From a virus (taxonomy: Duplodnaviria > Heunggongvirae > Uroviricota > Caudoviricetes), in IMG/VR virus record IMGVR_UViG_3300031759_000002: a stretch of 64,000 bases of DNA; one strand, written 5' to 3'. Numbering within the stretch: position 1 is the stretch's first letter; the number at the start of each line of letters is the position of its first letter. The notes beneath the pieces are model-generated. The model searched no databases. It saw only the letters and a program-made list of their open reading frames with translations, and was not told the DNA's origin. This document shows positions 47,343 to 57,281 of this stretch, piece by piece. A program made the translations under genes and the position numbers.

Positions 47343-48308
47343 TTAATCCTTCCAATTATTATATATGTTTCTTAATTTCTCTGGTAATCTCACTGTATCC
47401 GATTCATAATGTTCGGATTTTCTATCCAGTCCGCTAAAACAATAAAATTCAGTATCTATAGGAAAAAACATTTCGTGTTCCGCTCTTGGAGGAGTATAAA
47501 ATAATTCTCCTTCTTTTACTATGGTTAAAGTTGGTTTTTCTACACTTCCAACTGGTCTTTCATAATAATAAATTTGTCCTCTTGATACTATACAATAATG
47601 AAAATCCAATTTGTGCCAATGAGTTGCTCGTGTAGTATTTGGTTTGCTTGTAATCACAGACACACTTTTACATTCACATTTTTCTAATATCATTTGTATA
47701 TTTCCACGTTCATCTTTATGAGATGGTCCTAATTTAGTGATACATTCGTTATTATTAAAATATGCTACTTTTTTACATAAATTTATAAATTCGTGTTGAG
47801 ATAATTTTTGTTTGGCAAAATTTAAATCTTTATGTATCCATTGTATATTATCAATAGTATATCCCTTACTGGAATCTATTCTATCTAACGATGCGGTTCC
47901 ATCTGCAATTTCTGATTTTGATCTAAATGTTAAAATTTCTCCAGATAATACACATTTTCTGTTTTGTTTTATGAATAAATTCCACGCATCTTCAATTGTA
48001 ATATTGAATTCTAAATTTCGTTCCCTTGCGCCTATTTGAATAGAAGTCCATAAAGACGAATATATTTCTCCATATCCTTTAAAGTGACAGCTTTTATTTC
48101 CCAATCTGAAATGAGAACATCCACATGTTCGATTTATTCCTATCGCACTCCCTACTAAGATTGTATTTTTTCCACATCCACATAAACATTTCCAACATTG
48201 TTCTCCTCTTTTATTTTTTTGCGCCATTTCAATAACTGTAAGTTCGAAATACTTATCTCCTATTTTTACCGGAACTCCGTTTCTTATATTTTTGTTATTC
48301 ATAGTCAT
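47343..48308 (-). CDS. HNH-like endonuclease fused to a cupin (sugar isomerase/epimerase-like) domain
   Basis: N: WKCLCGCG...SLDRIDSSKGY..DNIQW; C: DERGNI...RATHWH...EH. Confidence 0.75.
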   Translation of the reverse strand: MTMNNKNIRNGVPVKIGDKYFELTVIEMAQKNKRGEQCWKCLCGCGKNTILVGSAIGINRTCGCSHFRLGNKSCHFKGYGEIYSSLWTSIQIGARERNLEFNITIEDAWNLFIKQNRKCVLSGEILTFRSKSEIADGTASLDRIDSSKGYTIDNIQWIHKDLNFAKQKLSQHEFINLCKKVAYFNNNECITKLGPSHKDERGNIQMILEKCECKSVSVITSKPNTTRATHWHKLDFHYCIVSRGQIYYYERPVGSVEKPTLTIVKEGELFYTPPRAEHEMFFPIDTEFYCFSGLDRKSEHYESDTVRLPEKLRNIYNNWKD

Positions 48309-48341
48309 ATTTTATTATATTTTTGTTTAATTGTAAAGTTT

Positions 48342-48962
48342 TTATATACTGTTGTTTCTGAATAGAATATCTTGTTGTAATAATTCTCCATTATTGTAAT
48401 GATTATATAGAATATCAATTTCATTAAATTCTATGGATTTTAAGTATTCAATAATTTCATATTTTAATGGAGCACCTTCATTTGTTTTTTTCAATGATAC
48501 TTCAATTAAAAGATATTTACATCTTTTAATAGTTTGTATTCCTCCTTTTATTATATCAAGTTCTGAGCCTTGGGTATCCATTTTAATAAAATCAAAACTA
48601 TATGGTGTTAAATTATCAAGTTTATACATTGGAAGTTTAACAATTTCCAAGTTTTCATCACTAAAAAAATTAGATTTTTCTTTATATATGGAACATCCAG
48701 TTGAACCTTGTTCCATTTTACTTCTATAAAAATTAACCTCTGGTAAATCTTGGGTTCCAAGTAAACAAATACTATATTCCAAGTTTAATTGTTTTAATGC
48801 CGGTTCATGTATAGAGTTTGCCTCTATCATAGTTATATCTATATTGGGCCAAACTTGAAGACATAAATTAGAAAAATATCCATTATTGGCACCTATATCT
48901 AACATAGTAGATGGATTAAAATTATATTTAGTTTTTATTTGTTGTAAGGTTGAAATATCCAT
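48342..48962 (-). CDS. FkbM-family methyltransferase
   Basis: LDIGANNG, IEAN, FIKMDTQGSELDII. Confidence 0.9.
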   Translation of the reverse strand: MDISTLQQIKTKYNFNPSTMLDIGANNGYFSNLCLQVWPNIDITMIEANSIHEPALKQLNLEYSICLLGTQDLPEVNFYRSKMEQGSTGCSIYKEKSNFFSDENLEIVKLPMYKLDNLTPYSFDFIKMDTQGSELDIIKGGIQTIKRCKYLLIEVSLKKTNEGAPLKYEIIEYLKSIEFNEIDILYNHYNNGELLQQDILFRNNSI

Positions 48963-48963
48963 A

Positions 48964-49662
48964 TTATTTTATATTTTTATATTCTGATTCACTTGGATAT
49001 TCCGGCACGTTCCCATAATATTTTATAAACATTTCGGTGGGAGTTTGTTTATAATTTATATCATTGAAAGGAATATTATATGTGCAATTCCCCCATTTCC
49101 GTTTTACATATTCACAATTATATACTGAAGTTTCCCTTGGTTTACAATTATCATTATTAGCAATACTAACATTATAATAATGCGGAATTCCTAAACTTTC
49201 AATTTTTATATTATTTAATTTACATCTATATTTATAATCGTCATCTTCACATCCAGCAAATAATAAATTTTCGTCGGCTCTTCCTACCAAATGAAATGTA
49301 TTTTTATGTAAAGAAAACACCGCAAAATCAAAACTATTATCATAAGTGCCAACTATTGTATTGGGATTACATTTTTCATATAAAGCTTCTAATATTTCTT
49401 CAGAAATCATAGCATCTTCTTGTCCTATTATAATTCTATCCAAATTTAATGTCTTAAAAGCATAATCACACATTAAGTTCCAACCTCCGGAACATCCTAT
49501 ATTTTTTGTAGTGGTATAAACTAAATCTTTTTTCAATATATCCGATAATTGTTGTTTATTATTATCGAAATAATATAATTTAGTATTTTTAAATTGTTCT
49601 CTATCATACCATTTATCAAAATAATTACATCCATTATATCCTAATACAAAAAAGTTATTCAT
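48964..49662 (-). CDS. glycosyltransferase (GT2-like)
   Basis: NIGCSGGWN, QED, VGRADEN..AGCEDDDY. Confidence 0.7.
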   Translation of the reverse strand: MNNFFVLGYNGCNYFDKWYDREQFKNTKLYYFDNNKQQLSDILKKDLVYTTTKNIGCSGGWNLMCDYAFKTLNLDRIIIGQEDAMISEEILEALYEKCNPNTIVGTYDNSFDFAVFSLHKNTFHLVGRADENLLFAGCEDDDYKYRCKLNNIKIESLGIPHYYNVSIANNDNCKPRETSVYNCEYVKRKWGNCTYNIPFNDINYKQTPTEMFIKYYGNVPEYPSESEYKNIK

Positions 49663-50555
49663 ATGTTTTTTAATATTTCTTTTACGACTTCATTATCAGT
49701 TAAAAATGGATTCAATTCTATATGTCCTTTATCTTTGAAATAGTGAATAGGTCCAAGTTTAGGTTCTTTAATTTTTCGTAATGCTCCATTCCATCCGTAT
49801 AATTGATGAACGAAATCTCCGGTGATTATAGTTTTTGTTCCTACTCCGGATGCCATATTACACATTCCACTTTCCGACCCGATGAATAAATCACATGCTT
49901 TTAAAATAGAACATTGAAATAATATTGAGGTTTGATCGTTTTCTGGAACATTGACAGTCATCGTCTGTTTAACATCAATAGGAAGTCCCACTATAAGTAG
50001 GTTTAAATGTTCCGATAATTTTTCTTTTATATATTCTATATCTCTTCGTTTTCCTCCATATCCAGTTTGGTCAGAATGATTCTTTCCTATTTTATATTCT
50101 TCTTCCGTGAATAGAAATGTTCTTTCTTTCCAATCCACTGGCATAGCAACAACCGGTTTATTATTCGTTTGTTTTAATTCTAAAATATTTTGTTTGGCTA
50201 TTTCATCGTATTCTGGATTTGTGTAAATATGAAACTCTGAACTTTTGTTTATTATACCAACCCAAGATTGACATTCCATAGGAGGAGGTTCAATAAAAGA
50301 GAACGATTTCATTTGGAATATCGTATCATATTGTGCTAACAGTAATTCATCTGCTTTTGGAAATGGAGTTGGGTCATTTGTTAAATATACATTGTCAATA
50401 TATGGATTATTTTTAATCAATCGTAATATTTGTGGAAATCCTATTAGATAATCAACTCTATCAAATCGATGTTCTTCTTTCAATTTTTTAGCAATAGAAG
50501 TTTGGAAAAAAATATCTCCAAAATATCCATAGGTAATAATCAAGCATTTATTCAT
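49659..50555 (-). CDS. GT9 (heptosyltransferase-like) glycosyltransferase
   Basis: GYFGDIFF, NNPYID, CDLFIGSESGMCNMASGVG. Confidence 0.75.
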   Translation of the reverse strand: MNKCLIITYGYFGDIFFQTSIAKKLKEEHRFDRVDYLIGFPQILRLIKNNPYIDNVYLTNDPTPFPKADELLLAQYDTIFQMKSFSFIEPPPMECQSWVGIINKSSEFHIYTNPEYDEIAKQNILELKQTNNKPVVAMPVDWKERTFLFTEEEYKIGKNHSDQTGYGGKRRDIEYIKEKLSEHLNLLIVGLPIDVKQTMTVNVPENDQTSILFQCSILKACDLFIGSESGMCNMASGVGTKTIITGDFVHQLYGWNGALRKIKEPKLGPIHYFKDKGHIELNPFLTDNEVVKEILKNI

Positions 50556-51181
50556 ATTTTTATATATAAAACATCACATTGACTAATTTCTCCAGTAAAT
50601 GGATGTCGTGTAACTAATAATTCTTCTACAGGAACAAATCCCATATTTTGAATGTAGTCATTAACTTCACCCATTAGTGGACTATTTTCATTATATCTTT
50701 TAATACTTAATTCTATTAATATACCTTTGCTTTTATTACATGTTAATTTACCCCCCTTCATAATATCGAGTTCTGATCCTTGAGTATCTAATTTAATCAA
50801 GTCAAAATATTCATCTGGTTTAAATTTTTCTTGAAATAATTCATCTAATAATATAACCGGTTCTTCGGTTATTATTATATTATCATCTCTATAATAATTT
50901 GTTAATTCTCTGTATTTTGAATTACCAGTAGAAGTTAAATCTGTTTTGTTTTTATAAAATTTAATTAATTTTTTTTCATCTCCAAGAAATCCTATATAAT
51001 AATTGGGATTTTGCTTGGCTAAGTCAGGTTCACATTCCCTAGTTGCTTCTATAGAATAAATAAAACAATCCGGATAAAAATATTTACAATCATTATGAAA
51101 TTGTCCTCTATTCGCTCCAATGTCTAACACCCTTTTAGGAATAAAATATTTTGATATTAATTTTAAATTTGGATTATCCAT
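50552..51181 (-). CDS. FkbM-family methyltransferase
   Basis: LDIGANRG, LIKLDTQGSELDI. Confidence 0.9.
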   Translation of the reverse strand: MDNPNLKLISKYFIPKRVLDIGANRGQFHNDCKYFYPDCFIYSIEATRECEPDLAKQNPNYYIGFLGDEKKLIKFYKNKTDLTSTGNSKYRELTNYYRDDNIIITEEPVILLDELFQEKFKPDEYFDLIKLDTQGSELDIMKGGKLTCNKSKGILIELSIKRYNENSPLMGEVNDYIQNMGFVPVEELLVTRHPFTGEISQCDVLYIKI

Positions 51182-51186
51182 ATGTT

Positions 51187-51582
51187 TTATATTGTATATT
51201 TTTCGTAACTTTTTTCTTCTATTAACTCTGATTTAGTAAGTTTATTTATTTCTTTTTTGATATTTGCTCGTTTATCATTGGTAAAATATACTGACCTTGC
51301 CAATTGAATAAAATCATTATCAAACTCTTTATTTTTTTCTTTAATTCTTAAGTTATCTTCTATATGCCATAGCGTAGAGTTTGTATTGAATAATGCGGCG
51401 ACTAAATCATGTAATTCATTATTTGTATGATAATCGGTAACTTCATATATAAACTTTAATTTTTCATATTCTTTTTTTACATTTTCTAATTTATATTCTT
51501 CGCTTACTGGAATATTCATCAGTTTAACTTCTAATATAGTAACTTTGTCAAATATTTCGCCAGTTGATACTTCTATATTCAT
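51187..51582 (-). CDS. DUF6165-like protein
   Basis: VSTGEIFDKVTILEVK, LWHIED, LARSVYFTND.RA, EEKSY. Confidence 0.8.
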   Translation of the reverse strand: MNIEVSTGEIFDKVTILEVKLMNIPVSEEYKLENVKKEYEKLKFIYEVTDYHTNNELHDLVAALFNTNSTLWHIEDNLRIKEKNKEFDNDFIQLARSVYFTNDKRANIKKEINKLTKSELIEEKSYEKYTI

Positions 51583-52874
51583 ATTTTTATATTAGATATT
51601 TTTAACCATATAACATTTGGAATGCCACTTTCAAATTTCTCAAGTGTATATGAGAAATCATCTTTTCCTTTTGTAATACTTAATGGTCTATTATAAGCCA
51701 TACTTCTATTTTTTACTTCCGCTTCGTCATTTACACCGGGGTCTCGGTTTTTATGGTATAGTGCAAAAAATACACCAATTGGATTTCGTTTCCATATAAA
51801 TCCTGCTTCTTTTACTCGTTCTCGTGTATCCACATCGGGACATCCCCATCCCGCAAAACAAGGATTTAATCCATTCATTTTATCATATATTGGACGAGTT
51901 AATGTAAATACACCACCATGAAAATTAGAGGCATCCGTTTTAAATATTCTGTATCCGGCTGGAACTTGTTCCATATCCAATTCATTTCCATCTTTATCTA
52001 AAAAAATAACATTGGTTATTGGATATACTGGAGTATTTAAATCATTGACTAAATAATTTACATTTTCCGATGGAATATAATCAACATCGTGGAATATTAA
52101 AACGTCTCCGGTAGAATTTAATGTGGCTACATTATATAATACATTCTGTTTAAATAATTCAGCATCATTCTGTTCACTTATTATAATTTCATATTTAACT
52201 CTTTTAAATCTATCTTGTAGAACCGGTAATAATGTTTGTAAATGTTCTTCTCTGTCTCTATATGATATAATGATTGAATATTTATATTTTGGTTTATGAT
52301 ATATCCAACTGGTTCCGGATGCTGTAATATTTTCTGCTCCGAAAAACTCATCTACTGCTTGTTTAACACCGGCCCAATCATAATCATGCCCTGCGATGGT
52401 TCTTCCCCATTTAACTTTTTGAAACCAATGTTCTAAATCTGCCTTTACATCAATATATTCGTGACTGGCATCAATAAACACAAAATCCAATGATTCATCT
52501 TCGTATAACTTAGAAGCATCAATAGAAGACATTCTGTGAGTATTTATAATATCATCTATATTAGCCAATTTCATATTTTCGTTAAATTTAACGAATAATA
52601 TATCATCACCATCAACTGAATAACATAATCCTGTCTGGTCTCCCGGTTTTTCCAATTCTTTTACTCCCCTAACATCCCAGAAATCAACACAATCAAATTG
52701 TATTTTTTTGCCAGAGTTTTTAATTTCTACTCCCATAAAAGCGGAACTTTTACCAAGTAAAGAACCAATTTCTACAAATTTATATCCGTTGTTTGCCTTA
52801 TTTATTTGGTCCAGATAAATATCTTGGAAATTAAAAAACCCAAGTATGTTTTGATATGTGTGTTGTAAACTCAT
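51579..52874 (-). CDS. SAM methyltransferase + GT7/GT2-like glycosyltransferase fusion
   Basis: VEIGSLLGKS, FVFIDASH, AGHDY; then IISYRDR, FHDVD, GWGCPD. Confidence 0.82.
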   Translation of the reverse strand: MSLQHTYQNILGFFNFQDIYLDQINKANNGYKFVEIGSLLGKSSAFMGVEIKNSGKKIQFDCVDFWDVRGVKELEKPGDQTGLCYSVDGDDILFVKFNENMKLANIDDIINTHRMSSIDASKLYEDESLDFVFIDASHEYIDVKADLEHWFQKVKWGRTIAGHDYDWAGVKQAVDEFFGAENITASGTSWIYHKPKYKYSIIISYRDREEHLQTLLPVLQDRFKRVKYEIIISEQNDAELFKQNVLYNVATLNSTGDVLIFHDVDYIPSENVNYLVNDLNTPVYPITNVIFLDKDGNELDMEQVPAGYRIFKTDASNFHGGVFTLTRPIYDKMNGLNPCFAGWGCPDVDTRERVKEAGFIWKRNPIGVFFALYHKNRDPGVNDEAEVKNRSMAYNRPLSITKGKDDFSYTLEKFESGIPNVIWLKISNIKI

Positions 52875-53728
52875 AAATTATTATCGTAATATGCTTTCAT
52901 AGATGGAACTCTATCATATTGATGAACTAAATAATATGGTTCGTTTTTATATTTACAATATACAATGTTATCCTTAACATATGAATGTTTATCAAGTTCA
53001 TTAACAATTGCTCCAATTTGTAACGCCCATAAATCTTTATAATCTACCCATTGACATTTATCCTTGAGTAATGTATTGGTTATAATATTAAAACAAGATT
53101 GATGGGCGTGTCCTATGTTATTAACCATTAAATATTTAATAAGTAAAAAATCTCTACATATCGAAGTTTTACAGGCAAAAGTACCGGCATTACAAGCTGG
53201 TTTATTTTTAAGAATATATTCATAAATATATGGACCATAATTTGTTAATGCTTCGTTCTTATTCCAAGGTTCGTTGTCATATAACACTCCTTCGGACGGA
53301 ATTAAAATGTCTTTAGTCATATTCTTATCCAACCATTCAGATGGATTTCTCTGAAATACCACATCTCTTCCATCGGTGAAAATTATTCTATCATAATTAA
53401 CATCATCTCCTGTTTCTACAAAATATTGCCACAAATGGAATAAACGAATATTATGAATTAAAATATTGGCATTTTGAGGATTAACATAACCCGAATGCCA
53501 TAGGAAATTTTTTTCTTCGGTTCCTCTATAAGTGTTAGTAGGACACAACACAATTATATTATGCTCTTGTAATTTTTTAATATATTCACTTCCTTCTTTG
53601 AAATTGTAACAAATTGCTAATATATCACCAGAATATGATGTTTTTTTAAGAGATACAATCCAATTTTTAATATCTACCCAATTGTAGTTTTCACTTATAG
53701 TTGTAACTATTAAATCTTTTTTATTCAT
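52871..53728 (-). CDS. glycosyltransferase-like protein
   Basis: IIFTDGRDVVFQRNP, CNAG, VHQYDR. Confidence 0.65.
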   Translation of the reverse strand: MNKKDLIVTTISENYNWVDIKNWIVSLKKTSYSGDILAICYNFKEGSEYIKKLQEHNIIVLCPTNTYRGTEEKNFLWHSGYVNPQNANILIHNIRLFHLWQYFVETGDDVNYDRIIFTDGRDVVFQRNPSEWLDKNMTKDILIPSEGVLYDNEPWNKNEALTNYGPYIYEYILKNKPACNAGTFACKTSICRDFLLIKYLMVNNIGHAHQSCFNIITNTLLKDKCQWVDYKDLWALQIGAIVNELDKHSYVKDNIVYCKYKNEPYYLVHQYDRVPSMKAYYDNNL

Positions 53729-54723
53729 AAATCTAATGATTTTATTATATTTTCTATAATGTTAGGATATACGATGCTATCATTATACCATTTTCTTGCA
53801 TTGTTTGCAATATATTTTAAATATTCGTCATCATTTATAGTTTCATTATACCGTTTAATTATTTTATCAGCAATTTTATCATGGTTTTTATATTTAAAAC
53901 TTTCATCAAATTCGGGATCTACTGATATGTAATGGTAATCTGGAATTAATGGAATATATGTTTCGATAGCATATTTGGGTCTTATGGTTGGAATCCCTAA
54001 TGCATACATATCAGCATCTCTGAAACAATAATCTCCACATGAATATCCTCCCCCAACTCCACTGCATAATACAAGTTTATAATTAATAGATTCTTTTATA
54101 TATTCATCAAATGGAATTCTAAAATATCCAAATATAAATTTTTCTTTTAGTTTTTCTTTTAGTTTTATTATAAATTGTCTTCCTTTAAATTCGTTTATAT
54201 CTGGTCGATCTTCATATAAACTTCCTCTCCATAATAATCTTTCGTCCAACTTTATTTGATTTCTATATAAATAGATATCTTTATAATTGTTATCACCAAA
54301 TTGCCAATGCAATTCAGTATGAACACCTGGTTTAATATTATCTCTTAAAATTTTAATTTTTATATTATCATCCCATAATTGTTTATTATATTGTCCAATT
54401 GCTGCTCCTATGAAATTTTTGGATTTGCATAATTTCAATGATAGACTTGGGTGATCTCCACAGTCCCATGTTTTAAATGTTTTATCTTCAAACTCGAATA
54501 TGTTAAACGATCCTTGATTTATCAATACGTTACAATCGTTGTTATATGTAAATGATCCATCTCCACTAAGATTTAACCATTCTATTTCATATCCCTTTGT
54601 TTTAAGAGTATCTATTAAATGCGGTATGCAATGACAATCAAAAAATGTTATATTCGATTGATTATTATTTATTTTAGCTCCGAACGAATATAGTTTAATT
54701 TTTTTATGTTTTATTATTGACAT
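53725..54723 (-). CDS. glycosyltransferase-like protein
   Basis: LLWRG, GDYCFRD, LIPDYHYI, IANNARKWY; probable start at MSIIK. Confidence 0.6.
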   Translation of the reverse strand: MSIIKHKKIKLYSFGAKINNNQSNITFFDCHCIPHLIDTLKTKGYEIEWLNLSGDGSFTYNNDCNVLINQGSFNIFEFEDKTFKTWDCGDHPSLSLKLCKSKNFIGAAIGQYNKQLWDDNIKIKILRDNIKPGVHTELHWQFGDNNYKDIYLYRNQIKLDERLLWRGSLYEDRPDINEFKGRQFIIKLKEKLKEKFIFGYFRIPFDEYIKESINYKLVLCSGVGGGYSCGDYCFRDADMYALGIPTIRPKYAIETYIPLIPDYHYISVDPEFDESFKYKNHDKIADKIIKRYNETINDDEYLKYIANNARKWYNDSIVYPNIIENIIKSLDL

Positions 54724-55367
54724 ATAAAAAACCCATTTCCATGTTTTTCGAATGACCAATTATCTTTTATTCCTTTGATATAGTATTTACTAATTATGTT
54801 TTTATATCCTGCATTTTTAAATTTTGTTTTCCACCAATTTAAGTTTTCTTTAATAATATGGGTTTTATCTAATTCATAATCTGGTATAATATATTTGTTA
54901 TTATCGCCCAATGGAACTACCACGAATAGTTTTTTGCTATTTTCTTTTAATGTTTTTATAGTATCATCAATGGCTTCATATGGAATATGCTCAAATACAT
55001 CTTTAGCAATTACTAAATCAAATTTAAAATTGAATATATTAGAAATTTCTTCTATATTGTTTATATGTTTTAAATAATCTTTACAATAAGGATCACAGTT
55101 TTCTATAGCATACTGGCTAATATCAACTCCATATGCTGACGCATTTAACATCCTAAATGCCTTTACTAAAAATCCCTTGGCACATCCAAAATCAAGGATA
55201 GTGTTATTTTCATTTATTTTTATTTTTTCTATTATAGTATGGGCTATAGGAAAACTTACTTCTGGAATCCATCTATAATTTGTATATAGACTGATTCCTG
55301 TTTTCAAACCGCATTCGTAATAGGTATTATCATATATTTCATTCATATTTTTATTTATTGTATTCAT
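54714..55367 (-). CDS. class I SAM-dependent methyltransferase
   Basis: ILDFGCAKG, GVDISQYAI, DVFEH; ATATTTATA 9 nt upstream of ATG 55367. Confidence 0.88.
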   Translation of the reverse strand: MNTINKNMNEIYDNTYYECGLKTGISLYTNYRWIPEVSFPIAHTIIEKIKINENNTILDFGCAKGFLVKAFRMLNASAYGVDISQYAIENCDPYCKDYLKHINNIEEISNIFNFKFDLVIAKDVFEHIPYEAIDDTIKTLKENSKKLFVVVPLGDNNKYIIPDYELDKTHIIKENLNWWKTKFKNAGYKNIISKYYIKGIKDNWSFEKHGNGFFICQ

Positions 55368-55452
55368 GTAACTTGATATAAATATCATTGAAAAAAACTA
55401 AAGTTTAAAATATTTTACATTTTTTTACAATTCGCTTATATGTATAACATGT

Positions 55453-55626
55453 ATGAAGAAAAGTCCAAGTAATAAAGAAGATCGGCACATGGTTGCCATC
55501 CCCGATATATATTACAAAAAAATTGCAGAGTTTTGTGAGCCTCATTCTTTTATTATAGGAAAATGGATAGGAAAAATATGTGTTATTCACATTAATGCAG
55601 AATTATCTGGAAGTTATAAAAAATAA
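55453..55626 (+). CDS. 57-aa ribbon-helix-helix-like protein (not in ORF track)
   Basis: MKKSPSNKEDRHMVAIPDIYYKKIAEFCEPHSFIIGKWIGKIC...; similar to 56871-57083. Confidence 0.55.
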   Translation: MKKSPSNKEDRHMVAIPDIYYKKIAEFCEPHSFIIGKWIGKICVIHINAELSGSYKK

Positions 55627-55631
55627 AAATT

Positions 55632-56186
55632 ATGGATAAAAAACAAAAAATATTACTTATTGGAGATGATATAAGATTCTTTTCTGGCGTAGCATGTGCC
55701 TCTAAAGAATTAGTAAAACAAACAATACATAAATATGATTGGGCGATGATAGGAGGAGCCAGTCAACATCCAGAAGCGGGAAAAGTAGCTGATATTTCCC
55801 CTGTATTTAATCACGAATTAAATATTAAAGATTCCTATGCCAAAATATATTCTACACATGGATATGGAGATGCAAATATTCTTTTTCAGGTAATTGAAAT
55901 GGAAAAGCCAAATGCGATATGCATGATTACAGACCCAAGATTTTATGGGTGGCTTTTTAATGTTGAAGCCGCTATTCATTCTATGGGTATTCCTATAGTT
56001 TATTGGAGTATATGGGATGCGCTGCCATATCCTATTTGGAATAGACCTTTTTATGATTCATGTGATGGGTTATTTGGAATAAGTAAGCAGACACATAATC
56101 TTCATAAATGGACGTGTGATCCGTTGAATTGTTTATCTATAGATGGTGAATTTGATGCCGATGGAAATCTAATAAAGTTTATTTAA
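55632..56186 (+). CDS. GT-B (GT4-like) glycosyltransferase, N-terminal domain only
   Basis: KILLIGDDIRFFSGVA, HGYGD, ITDPRF, IWD, GISKQT; stops before the C-domain. Confidence 0.8.
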   Translation: MDKKQKILLIGDDIRFFSGVACASKELVKQTIHKYDWAMIGGASQHPEAGKVADISPVFNHELNIKDSYAKIYSTHGYGDANILFQVIEMEKPNAICMITDPRFYGWLFNVEAAIHSMGIPIVYWSIWDALPYPIWNRPFYDSCDGLFGISKQTHNLHKWTCDPLNCLSIDGEFDADGNLIKFI

Positions 56187-56233
56187 TTTTATTTTTTTTA
56201 ATGTTTTCTATTTTTTCGTTATATTTATAATGT

Positions 56234-56884
56234 ATGAGTGAAGAAATAAAATATTTTGATAATTGTCCTACATGTAATAAAATAAGATATTATAAAACAC
56301 GAGGTTCATATTACGCTAATCGCAATATTAAACGAGAATGTTGGGAATGTAAATTAATATCACAATCAAAAAAATTGAAAGGCAAGCCACGACCTCCATT
56401 TTCGGATGAATGGAGAAAAAATATAGCAACCGGACATAAAAAATCAAAAATTTGGGTAGATTCTATGAATACGCCGGAATATAAAGAGAAACATAGACAA
56501 GTGATGATACGAAATGTATTGAATGGAAAAACGAGAGTATCTGTAAATTCCAGAGCATGTGATTTTTTTAATTACTTAAATGAAAAACTAAAATGGAATG
56601 GAAGACATGGAAAAAATAATGGAGAATATAGAATATATAGATATTTTTTGGATTATTATGAACCAACTCTAAAAGTAATTATTGAATGGGATGAGTCCCA
56701 TCACAATAAAACAAAATCAAAAATAAAAGATATAATACGTCAAAATTATATTTTGGAAAATACAAAATGTGAATTTTATAGGATAGATGATAAACTTAAA
56801 AAAATTAAAAAAGTAGATTCAAGTATAGGAAATAAGACGGAACATCTTCAATCTATTATAAATGAATATTATGAAAACAAGTGA
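56234..56884 (+). CDS. Vsr-like homing endonuclease inside the split glycosyltransferase
   Basis: CPTC/CWEC, YFLDYY..VIIEWDESHH; ATATTTATA at 56221-56229. Confidence 0.8.
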   Translation: MSEEIKYFDNCPTCNKIRYYKTRGSYYANRNIKRECWECKLISQSKKLKGKPRPPFSDEWRKNIATGHKKSKIWVDSMNTPEYKEKHRQVMIRNVLNGKTRVSVNSRACDFFNYLNEKLKWNGRHGKNNGEYRIYRYFLDYYEPTLKVIIEWDESHHNKTKSKIKDIIRQNYILENTKCEFYRIDDKLKKIKKVDSSIGNKTEHLQSIINEYYENK

Positions 56885-57083
56885 AAAAAGAGTAGTGAAT
56901 ATAGATAAAGAAGATTTTGATAGAATTAAAAAATACTGTGATGAAAATGCATATAATATGTCGAAATGGTTAGTGAAAATAGCACTCGAAAATATAAATT
57001 ATACCCATATAGAAACTTTAGATAAAGGAAATGGAAAGATTATAACATTAAAAGAACATAGAACATTTATAAATAAATTATGA
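56871..57083 (+). CDS. ribbon-helix-helix-like protein
   Basis: VVNIDKEDFDRIKKYCDENAYNMSKWLVKIA. Confidence 0.6.
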   Translation: MKTSEKRVVNIDKEDFDRIKKYCDENAYNMSKWLVKIALENINYTHIETLDKGNGKIITLKEHRTFINKL

Positions 57084-57277
57084 TAAATATAACATCAAGT
57101 AAATATAATAAAATAACAGGTCAGATAGAAAGTTTATCTTTAGAAGATGGAATTAGACCCGCATCTGAATATTTTGAGGATACAAAAGATAAAGTTTATA
57201 TTATAAATTCTAAACATCCAAACGACGAAACTAATGAATTTTTTGATAAACTTGAAAATGATAAATTAAAACATTAA
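57080..57277 (+). CDS. hypothetical protein
   Basis: ATGA-coupled 65-aa ORF. Confidence 0.5.
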   Translation: MINITSSKYNKITGQIESLSLEDGIRPASEYFEDTKDKVYIINSKHPNDETNEFFDKLENDKLKH

Positions 57278-57281
57278 ATAT

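Noticed and set aside
55405-55590. Minus-strand 61-aa ORF from the track
   Set aside because: The plus-strand 57-aa RHH-like ORF at 55453-55626 has paralog support and fits the operon.
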